Source: Sedimentisphaerales bacterium
Lineage (GTDB): Bacteria; Planctomycetota; Phycisphaerae; Sedimentisphaerales; SM23-30
DNA: 64,000 nt
Reading direction: 5' to 3'
Assembly: GCA_963663965.2 (NCBI GenBank)
Contig: CAXXFK010000010.1
Span: 224,001-288,000 of the forward strand
The position numbers were made by a program, and so were the translations under genes. Under the pieces are notes generated by a model, which did not search any database, was not told the origin of the DNA, and worked only from the letters and a program-made list of their open reading frames with translations. Positions 19,882 through 27,796 of the stretch are shown here, piece by piece (position 1 is the first letter of the stretch; each line of letters begins with the position of its first letter).

Positions 19882-20259
19882 CTAATCTTCTCGACCGGCA
19901 TCATAAATACACCCCAAATGCAGTATAATCCCTGGAATAATAGCTAGATAACCCATAATGGTAAAAAATAGCCATACTAATCCCATGCCAATTTTACCAC
20001 GATAAATCTGCCCTAATCCGGGTATAAAAAAGCTCAATACCCGTGCAGCTGCAGGATTCCATGATCTATGCATCGGTTCAGGGTCTCCCTTATCGATCAC
20101 AGTGAATATCTGGTCGAGTTTCCGGTCAGTAACAGATTTGCTTGGTACCGGCCTTTTATCATTAACCGCCTTTCCCGATATCGGATGCCCGCAATGCGGA
20201 CAGTTATCCAACACATCGCTGCATTTCCCTTCACAAGCCGCACAATATACAATTCCCAT
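19882..20259 (-). CDS. Zinc-ribbon plus TM2-like membrane protein
   Basis: CAAC..CPHCG; AARVLSFFIPGLGQIYRGKIGMG followed by hydrophobic helices. Confidence 0.75.
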   Translation of the reverse strand: MGIVYCAACEGKCSDVLDNCPHCGHPISGKAVNDKRPVPSKSVTDRKLDQIFTVIDKGDPEPMHRSWNPAAARVLSFFIPGLGQIYRGKIGMGLVWLFFTIMGYLAIIPGIILHLGCIYDAGRED

Positions 20260-20351
20260 CGAAGCACCTCTTTTTTGAAAATAACTTTTCCGTGGTTAAC
20301 TAGTCTGTTCTACCAACTCTGCGGCCGGGTGGCCTCGGCAACCTGTCCCGG

Positions 20352-20381
20352 GTGCCACCTACAAGCACAGCTTGTGGGTGC
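20352..20381. repeat. REP-like palindrome
   Basis: CACCTACAAGC-ACA-GCTTGTGGGTG hairpin. Confidence 0.5.
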
Positions 20382-20488
20382 ATAACGCATCACCCCCCAT
20401 CAGCCAACAACCTCCATCCAAAATAAAAAATCCACAAAAAAATCCTGCCTTTCCAATTTCCAATTTTGCATCCTACATTTTGCCTTTC

Positions 20489-21135
20489 TTCAGTGTCTTT
20501 CCGCGTTTTTCCGTGGTAAAGGAAGGCTGTTATATTTTTATCTCAAATCCCATTTCTCAAATCCTGTCAATGAGCTGAAAGTCCCGATAGCCATCGGGAT
20601 GATCCTGTCTAAAAAGGCCGTTATATTTCTTTTAACCTTCGTGCAGCGCCGCAGGTCGAAAGATCCGCCTCAGGAGTGTCGAAGATCCGCCTCAGGCGGA
20701 ACGCTCCGTGGTTCATCCGGCTGTTATATTCATTGCTTTCTTTTAAACTCATATTCCTTTTCATCCATCTTCTCCCCACTCCGGCTGTTCCTCTGTGCAC
20801 TCGGTGACCTCTGTGGTGCAAATCTTCTTTTTTCATCCTCCCCCCCTTTATGCCCTTCAATAACTTCATGGTAAATCCGGCTGTTATATTTTTATCTCAA
20901 TTTCCATTTCTCAAATCCTGTCAATCCTGTGATCCTGTCTAAAAAGGCCGTTATATTTTTCTTAACCTTCGTGCAGCGCCGCAGGCGCCCTTCGTGTAGC
21001 CGCAGGCGGCTCCGTGGTTCATCCGGCTGTTATATTCATTGCTTTCTTTTAAACTCATATTCCTTTTCATCCATCTTCTCCCCACTCCGGCTGTTCCTCT
21101 GTGCCCTCGGTGACCTCTGTGGTGCAAATCTTCTT
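20489..21135 (-). repeat. Non-coding array of 9-10-nt-periodic motifs separated by GGCYGTTATATT; includes a roughly 300-bp direct duplication
   Basis: 12-mer at 20525, 20616, 20719, 20879, 20946, 21025 (partial at 20783 and 21089). Block 20525-20829 is repeated at 20879-21134. Confidence 0.85.
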
Positions 21136-21402
21136 CTCCCGCTTCCTTCCTCCAATGACCTGTAAGACCTATTGCTTTTTTGAAACCAATCATGCACCAT
21201 CACAAACACCATCAACTCAAATTTCAGGAGCATCACCCAGCAGACCAGAAACCACAAAACCATTCCCATCCAGCCCACTGGACAACTACTCGATTCCCAT
21301 TTCATAGATCAATACCCCCAGTATACCCATCGCCGGCCAGATTATAAATATTATTTTCACAGAATATCAATCATCATTAACATTCCCCGAATCCCCCCCT
21401 CA

Positions 21403-21458
21403 GTACGGAGTTCACGATTCATCGTGCTTAAAATGTACGGAGTCCACGATTCATCGTG
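21403..21458 (+). repeat. Tandem pair of 24-bp hairpin repeats
   Basis: GTACGGAGTYCACGATTCATCGTG at 21403 and 21435; CACGAT-TC-ATCGTG stem. Confidence 0.75.
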
Positions 21459-22012
21459 ATCAAAACCTTCTCTCTTCATCAACAAACCCCCATCTGGGCC
21501 GCCCAATTCGCCCCATCACCCCCACCCGATGCGAAACGAACCCAACATCGCCAAAATCCCCCATATCCATAGACATAACAACAATTTACAACCACCTCCA
21601 TTAATCATTCTCCCCCGCACCGCTACCGCCAGGATTTCGCACCGGAGGCGAAAGATCATCCCCACCCATGAGCGCAGCGAATACCAAACCAGAACAAGCC
21701 CAACCGCCCCCCTCCTCCTGTCAACGCCCCCCTGACCTGACGTAAAGACCCAGGCCAAACAAACCCAACCCCCCAAAATCCACCACCCATCTCATTAAAA
21801 ATCAAGACCTTACCGCCGCTTGTTCAGCGCCAGGTTAACAACCCGCCAACCTCCGCCCCCCTGGGACGAACCTTTCAGGCTTTTGCCTTGCGATGGCAGC
21901 TTGATCGCATCTGGATGTGGCCGGGCAGCATTTTTCATGTCGCCGAACCCAACAAAAAAGGCCGCTCCATTGGAATGGCCGGCCTTGACTTTCGGGTTGG
22001 AATCTGCGGGTG

Positions 22013-22651
22013 TTACTGGGCGGTCTCCATCCATTCTCCGGCCAGTACGGATAAATCCAGTACATTGACGACCCCGTCGAAGTTCAAGTCGCTGACCCGC
22101 ACGGAATAGCCCGGCACCCATTCCCAGCGGGCCTCGGCGCTGATCCCGCCGTCATTAAAGACTTTTTCAATCGTGGTATAGGCGATCGAGATCTCTTCCC
22201 GTTCCTTATGCTGCATATTTTCGGGGTATTTGTTGTTGAGCATCTCCTGATGAATGGTGGTGATATAAGCGCCGGCAAATCGAATGGTATAATATTGTTC
22301 TTCCAAGCCGGAAGGAGTGGGCTGCCAGAAGCGAATTTCACCATGCAGCCGATCATTGTCGGTGAATGCCCGAAGCAGCAGCGGGGTGGATTTGTCGATT
22401 TCCTTGGTGATCCGGATCGGCATATGCTGACGCTTGCCGGTGGGCATGCCGCTGGCGGCGTCACGCGGCGAGGTGATCAGATGGTCAAACGCAATGACCA
22501 TAATCGAGCCTTCACGGCCTTTCTGGGTGACACTTCCTTCGATTTTACCGGTTTGCTCGCCTTCCAAATAGAGGTAGGCATTCAAGGCGCCCGATGAGGC
22601 GGCGCAAAAGACAGCCAACAACACGATAGCAGTCAATAGTCCGGATTTCAT
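22013..22651 (-). CDS. hcp: Hcp (TssD) tube domain fused to a signal peptide and a dockerin-like C-terminal motif
   Basis: ALNAYLYLEG..GKIEGSVTQKGREGSI..SPRDAASGMPTGKRQH.PIRITKEIDKSTPLL; hydrophobic N-terminus ending ASSG; tail SDLNFDGVVNVLDLSVLAGEWM. Confidence 0.88.
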   Translation of the reverse strand: MKSGLLTAIVLLAVFCAASSGALNAYLYLEGEQTGKIEGSVTQKGREGSIMVIAFDHLITSPRDAASGMPTGKRQHMPIRITKEIDKSTPLLLRAFTDNDRLHGEIRFWQPTPSGLEEQYYTIRFAGAYITTIHQEMLNNKYPENMQHKEREEISIAYTTIEKVFNDGGISAEARWEWVPGYSVRVSDLNFDGVVNVLDLSVLAGEWMETAQ

Positions 22652-23225
22652 TTTGTTATCCTTTTCTGGTAATGGGCGAACTGTTTTGTTAAACGCTAAG
22701 AACGCTACTCGATAGCCATCCGATTTATCGAATAGAAGGGTAATTCATCATTTCATAGATCGGTTTGAATGTTAGAATACTATACAGAATATTATAGCCG
22801 GCCTGCCGGAGTCAAACAAAGAAAGAACCACAAATCCCGGTGAATCGGGACAAATAAACGCGAATAAGAGCCAGAAGCTTGATTGGGATATGGGTTAAAA
22901 TCAGATCTAACCGCCGATCTAACCGCGAAAAGGCAAAAAACGGGTGTAATTTATTTTAATATAAGAAGTTAGAGCCGCGAAATACACTAAAAGCACAAAA
23001 CAAATATAGAGCATAGGATTTCACGCGAAAGACGCACAGATTCATTTTCTGGTCCATCGCGGCGAATGGGGTTGGGCCGCGCGATCCTGTCTATTGGATC
23101 GATATAGAAATAAAGATTGATTCAGGGGGTTGGTTGCTGGTATTTTATAACCTGTTCGCCCGTTTTGGGGCTGATGGAATGTTGCGAATAACGATGATAA
23201 CTCGATACTGGAAAGGAGTTTATTC

Positions 23226-23921
23226 ATGAAGAAGTATTTGGTCGCGATGCTGGTATTGGCCGGGGTGAGCGTGGGATGGGCCCAGGAGAAGGAACAGGAA
23301 GGGATGTTTGGTGACAGTTTCAGTACGGGACAGTGGTCGGTTGACTTTTATACCGGGTACTTTTCGGAAGCCCACTGGGCGACCATGCCGACTGGTGTGA
23401 CTTATGATCTGACGATTAACGGGATTACTATCGAACGGCCTATCAAGGCGAAAATTGACATGCAGGACAGCTGGATTTTTGGCGGGCACTTCGGCAAGGA
23501 GTGGGAATACCTGGGCTGGGAAGCCGGGCTGGCGGGTGTCTTTGGCGATCTGGATGTGACGACAAATCTGCCGAACGGTTTTGTGGCCAATGATCAGCTT
23601 TATACCTCTGGTGACGCCAGTATGATTTTGACGAATTTTAACCTGATGGTTTATCCGGGCGGGAATAATCTGATGGAAGGCCGGCTACGCCCCTACCTGA
23701 CCGCAGGACCGGGACTGGCGTATCTGATGATTGACCAGAAGTATCTGGATGATGAATTTCTGGTGGATATGAACGCCGGGTTGGGTACGAAGATTTATCC
23801 ATTTGATAATGACGCGGTGTTTATGCGGGTTGATTGGAAATGGCACTATTTATTCAAGGGCGATGAAGTCCGGGATACCTATCATAAGGAACTGACGATT
23901 GGTGTTGGTTTTAATTTTTAG
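23226..23921 (+). CDS. Outer-membrane beta-barrel protein (OmpA-like/porin family)
   Basis: Signal peptide, LRPYLTAGPG, MNAGLGTK, C-terminal LTIGVGFNF; SD AAGGAG. Confidence 0.85.
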   Translation: MKKYLVAMLVLAGVSVGWAQEKEQEGMFGDSFSTGQWSVDFYTGYFSEAHWATMPTGVTYDLTINGITIERPIKAKIDMQDSWIFGGHFGKEWEYLGWEAGLAGVFGDLDVTTNLPNGFVANDQLYTSGDASMILTNFNLMVYPGGNNLMEGRLRPYLTAGPGLAYLMIDQKYLDDEFLVDMNAGLGTKIYPFDNDAVFMRVDWKWHYLFKGDEVRDTYHKELTIGVGFNF

Positions 23922-24083
23922 AACCAAAGGCAAGATATCTCACACTAAGCCGCGAAGAAAAATGGCTAAGCCGGCAGTGCCGGAGCTAAAAGAAACCACG
24001 AATAGACACGAATAGACGCGTATAAAACAAGGACATGAAGGATAGTATTTTGGACGCTATCATATTCCATGATGGAGACTTTA

Positions 24084-25025
24084 ATGGCAAGAGCTAAGAT
24101 TTCGATTATCGGCGCCGGCAATGTCGGCTCAACCTGTGCCCACTGGGCCACGCAAAAAGAACTGGGCGATATTGTCCTGCTTGATATTGTCGATGGGATG
24201 CCCCAGGGCAAATCGCTGGACCTGTATGAAGCGACTCCGGTGGGCCGATACGATGTCGGACTGAAAGGGACTTGCGATTATAACGATACGGCCGATAGCG
24301 ATGTGGTGATTATTACTTCGGGACTGGCGCGCAAGCCGGGTATGACCCGCGATGACCTGCTGAAAGCCAATACTGAAATTGTGGCGCAAGTGACAGAAAA
24401 TGTAGTAAAATACAGTCCTGAGGCGGCGCTGATTATCGTCAGCAATCCGCTGGACGCAATGACCTATGTGGCCGGGAAAGTGTCTGGGTTGCCCAAAAAT
24501 AAAGTGATGGGCATGGCCGGTGTGCTGGATTCGGCGCGGTACCGGGCGTTTATCGCCGAGGCGCTGAATGTTTCGGTTGCGGATATTTCGGCGATGCTGC
24601 TGGGCGGGCATGGAGATGATATGGTGCCGCTGCCGCGGTATACCACAATCGCGGGGATACCGCTGACGGAGTGGCTGGACAGTGCGACGATCGAAGCGAT
24701 TGTGGATCGCACCCGAAAAGGCGGACTCGAGATTGTGAATCTGCTTAAAACGGCTTCGGCTTATTTCGCGCCGTCCCTTTCCGCGGTGGATATGGCGGAG
24801 TCGATTTTGAAAGATAAACGGCGGGTGATGCCCTGCTGCGCCTGGTGCGATGGTGAATATAATGCCGGCGGCTGCTTTGTGGGTGTGCCGGTGGTGCTGG
24901 GCAGTCATGGGGTTGAAAAGGTGGTGGAACTGCAATTGAATGAGGCCGAAAAGGCATTGTTTACCGAATCGCTTAACCATGTCAAGAAGCTGGTCGCCAC
25001 GGTGGATCAGTTAATGCAATCCTGA
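24084..25025 (+). CDS. mdh: Malate dehydrogenase (LDH-like)
   Basis: IIGAGNVG, GLARKPGMTRDDL, VSNPLDAM, GVLDSAR, LGGHGD. Start at ATG 24084 after GGAG. Confidence 0.95.
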   Translation: MARAKISIIGAGNVGSTCAHWATQKELGDIVLLDIVDGMPQGKSLDLYEATPVGRYDVGLKGTCDYNDTADSDVVIITSGLARKPGMTRDDLLKANTEIVAQVTENVVKYSPEAALIIVSNPLDAMTYVAGKVSGLPKNKVMGMAGVLDSARYRAFIAEALNVSVADISAMLLGGHGDDMVPLPRYTTIAGIPLTEWLDSATIEAIVDRTRKGGLEIVNLLKTASAYFAPSLSAVDMAESILKDKRRVMPCCAWCDGEYNAGGCFVGVPVVLGSHGVEKVVELQLNEAEKALFTESLNHVKKLVATVDQLMQS

Positions 25026-25044
25026 ATTACTTTCGAACCTTGCG

Positions 25045-26685
25045 ATGAAACTGGCACTGGCACAACTTAATCCGACAGTTGGCGATATTGCCGCCAACAG
25101 CCGACTAATTCTGCAATCCATCGGGCAGGCGGCCGAGCAAGGGGCTGATCTGGTTATTTTCAGTGAGTTGGTTCTGACGGGGTATCCGCCCAAAGACCTG
25201 CTGCTGAAGCCACGATTTATCGCGGATAACCAGGCGGCGCTGCAGGAGATTGCCGCGCAATGCCAGTCGATTGGGGCGCTGATCGGGTTTGTGTGTGAAC
25301 ATACCGGACCGACCGGTAAGCAGTTGCATAACGCGGCGGCCCTGATCCAGAACGGCCGGGTGGTAGCGACCTATTACAAGCAACTGCTGCCCACCTATGA
25401 TGTGTTCGATGAGCAGCGGTATTTTGCCCCGGCCAAATCGCAACAGGTAGTGGAGTTTATGGGCAGGAAAATCGGCCTGACGATCTGTGAAGATATCTGG
25501 CAAACGCCTGACCAGCAGACCCGGCGGCTGTATGAGATCAATCCGTTTGAAGATCTGGCGCGGGCCGGGGTGGATCTGATTGTCAATATGTCGGCGTCGC
25601 CATTCGTGATCAACAAACATGCATTCCGGATCGACCTGTTTGGGCGGCAGTGCCGTCAGCATCGGATTCCGCTGGTTTATGTGAATCAGACGGGTGGGAA
25701 TGATGATCTGATCTTTGACGGGGCCAGTTGCGCCTTTGGCCGGAATGGTGAGTTGATCGCGCAGGCCAGGGATTTTGAGCCGGATCTACTGCTGGTTGAT
25801 ATCGACCGGCCTGAGCAGAACAGCATTGCCTCGGTCAAGAGTGATATCGCGTCGGTGCATGACGCGCTGGTGCTGGGATTGCGTGATTATCTGCGGAAAT
25901 GCGGGTTTCGGTCGGTAGTACTGGGGCTTTCGGGCGGGATCGATTCGGCGGTAACGGCGGCGATCGCAGTGGAAGCACTGGGAGCGGATAAGGTGACGGG
26001 GGTGGCTATGCCCAGCCGGTATTCCAGCGATCACAGTGTGAATGACGCACGGGATCTGGCGGGGAACCTGGGGATTCCATTTCATATCATTCCTATTGAA
26101 ACGGCGCATTGCGCCATGGAAGAGACGCTGACGGAAATTTTCACCGGGCTGGAATCGGATATTACCGAGGAAAATATTCAGGCAAGGTTGCGGGGCAATA
26201 TTCTGATGGCTATCAGTAACAAATTCGGGTCGCTGCTGTTAACCACCGGCAATAAAAGCGAACTGGCAGTGGGATACTGCACCATGTATGGTGATATGGC
26301 CGGCGGGCTGGCGGTGATCAGCGATGTGCCCAAAATTATGGTCTATCGGCTGGCGAATTACATTAATCGTGAGCGTGAAGTGATCCCGATTTCGACGATT
26401 TCCAAGCCGCCATCGGCGGAGTTGAAGCCCGGCCAGGTAGATCAGGATTCGCTGCCGCCATATGAAATCCTGGATGATATACTGGAGCGGTATGTCGAGC
26501 AGGAGCAGTCGTTTCAGCAGATTGTGGATGCGGGATTTGAAAGGGACGTTGTCGGCCGGATTATCCGGCTGGTAGATCGCAATGAATATAAACGCAAACA
26601 GGCGGCGCCGGGGCTGAAGGTGACCAGTCGAGCTTTTGGGACCGGCCGGCGCATGCCTATCGCGCAGAACTATACCCAGAAATAA
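25045..26685 (+). CDS. nadE: Glutamine-dependent NAD+ synthetase
   Basis: Nitrilase domain (SELVLTGYPP, ICEDIW) plus GLSGGIDS, ENIQAR, TTGNKSE, PSAEL, NEYKRKQA. Confidence 0.96.
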   Translation: MKLALAQLNPTVGDIAANSRLILQSIGQAAEQGADLVIFSELVLTGYPPKDLLLKPRFIADNQAALQEIAAQCQSIGALIGFVCEHTGPTGKQLHNAAALIQNGRVVATYYKQLLPTYDVFDEQRYFAPAKSQQVVEFMGRKIGLTICEDIWQTPDQQTRRLYEINPFEDLARAGVDLIVNMSASPFVINKHAFRIDLFGRQCRQHRIPLVYVNQTGGNDDLIFDGASCAFGRNGELIAQARDFEPDLLLVDIDRPEQNSIASVKSDIASVHDALVLGLRDYLRKCGFRSVVLGLSGGIDSAVTAAIAVEALGADKVTGVAMPSRYSSDHSVNDARDLAGNLGIPFHIIPIETAHCAMEETLTEIFTGLESDITEENIQARLRGNILMAISNKFGSLLLTTGNKSELAVGYCTMYGDMAGGLAVISDVPKIMVYRLANYINREREVIPISTISKPPSAELKPGQVDQDSLPPYEILDDILERYVEQEQSFQQIVDAGFERDVVGRIIRLVDRNEYKRKQAAPGLKVTSRAFGTGRRMPIAQNYTQK

Positions 26686-26692
26686 GCCGTTT

Positions 26693-26721
26693 TTGACTCA
26701 GTGGCAGGTCGTGCCTATAAT
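26693..26721 (+). promoter_or_regulatory. sigma70-type promoter
   Basis: TTGACT-17 nt-TATAAT. Confidence 0.65.
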
Positions 26722-26780
26722 CTAATGAATCAGGATGTGTAAAATTTAAACATTACCATTTGATAGAAAAGGATTTATAT

Positions 26781-27362
26781 ATGGTTATGACCGCTTCTAC
26801 GATGCTGACTCTCGGTACTAAAGCGCCGGATTTCAGCTTACCGGATATCACAGGAAAGCATGTTTCGCCGGCCGACTTTAAAGACGCAGCCGGTCTACTG
26901 GTGATTTTCTCGTGTAATCACTGTCCATATGTCAAACATGTCATCGATCCGCTGGTTGCTTTGATCAAAGAGTATCAGGCGAAAGGACTGGCGGTGGTGA
27001 TGATCAGCGCTAACGATGTTGCCAATTACCCGGAGGACAGTCCCAAGAATATGGCGCTGCTGGCCCGTGAAAAGGGATTTACTTTTCCCTATCTTTATGA
27101 TGAGACGCAGGAGACGGCCCAGGCATATCAGGCGTCGTGTACACCGGACTTTTTCCTGTTCGATAAAGACCAAAAACTGGTGTATCGAGGACAACTGGAT
27201 GATAGCCGACCGGGTAACCAGATCCCGGTGACGGGCAAGGATCTGCGTAGCGCGCTGGATGCTTTGCTGGCGGGCCAAACCGTTTCAGACGATCAGCGTC
27301 CCAGCGCGGGTTGTAATATTAAATGGAAAAAAGGGAACGAACCGGATTATTTTCCGGCTTGA
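26781..27362 (+). CDS. Thioredoxin/AhpC-TSA family protein
   Basis: APDFSLPD, CNHCPYV, ISANDVANYPEDSP, CTPDFFLFD, YRGQLDDSRP, GCNIKW. Start codon uncertain. Confidence 0.9.
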   Translation: MVMTASTMLTLGTKAPDFSLPDITGKHVSPADFKDAAGLLVIFSCNHCPYVKHVIDPLVALIKEYQAKGLAVVMISANDVANYPEDSPKNMALLAREKGFTFPYLYDETQETAQAYQASCTPDFFLFDKDQKLVYRGQLDDSRPGNQIPVTGKDLRSALDALLAGQTVSDDQRPSAGCNIKWKKGNEPDYFPA

Positions 27363-27383
27363 CGGGTCTTTAATTCTGCGCAA

Positions 27384-27775
27384 ATCGAGTAGGCATGGGC
27401 TTTGCAGCCCCAACCTCTCACACCACCCGGCGTGCCTGCTCGGTACCGGTCGATTTCCTATGGCATTCCATTCAAATCCCGCCATCTGCGAGACAGACTG
27501 ATCAATCCTCGTTCTTTAAAACCATGGCAAATTCATGGCTTGGTGCGATTGAGGCAGGGCGCTTTTCCGCCAGTAACCCACACCGCTCAATGCGCCGAGC
27601 CAGGCCTGGTATTCGGCGACACCGTGGCAAATAAAGAACTTGGCGGTCGTATAGTTCCGCTTGAGTTGTTTGAGTTTGATGACTCGCAACTTGCGGCGGA
27701 TCCAGCCGTCCAGCTTCTTCAGATTCGCGGCGCGGCGGATATGTCGGTAATAATTGAGCCATCCGGTCATGATTC
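27384..27775 (-). mobile_element. 5'-truncated group II intron (class C/IIC-like): maturase C-terminus plus domains V and VI
   Basis: GWLNYYR..LKKLDGWIRRKLR maturase motif; DV-like ATCGACCGGTACCGAGCAGGCACGCCGGGTGGTGTGAGAGG; DVI ending CCTACTCGAT. Confidence 0.88.
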
Positions 27776-27796
27776 ATCCGGTTAAACCGTGATTAT

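Noticed and set aside
14636..20400. Integron cassette array or prophage
   Set aside because: No integrase, no convincing attC sites (RYYYAAC...GTTRRRY) and no phage structural genes.
20489..21135. Possible CRISPR array
   Set aside because: The repeat is only 12 nt, spacing is irregular, spacers are duplicated and patterned, and there are no cas genes.
20599..21307. Paired small ORFs (MILSKKAV..., ...HHRGHRGHRG...)
   Set aside because: By-products of the duplicated non-coding repeats; the copies differ by frame-insensitive insertions and have no SD.
21855..21900. Minus-strand GGCAAAAGCCTGAAAGG resembling a c-di-GMP-I riboswitch P2
   Set aside because: Lacks the downstream GACGCAAAG and P3 elements and has no adjacent downstream gene. 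An Rfam RF01051 search would settle it.
22013..22651. Type VI secretion system locus
   Set aside because: No tssB/C, vgrG, baseplate or membrane-complex genes in the window.
24129..24980. 283-aa minus-strand ORF
   Set aside because: Antisense shadow of mdh.
27384..27775. DGR or retron reverse transcriptase system
   Set aside because: Only the maturase end plus DV and DVI are present; no RT core and no TR/VR pair with adenine-specific differences.
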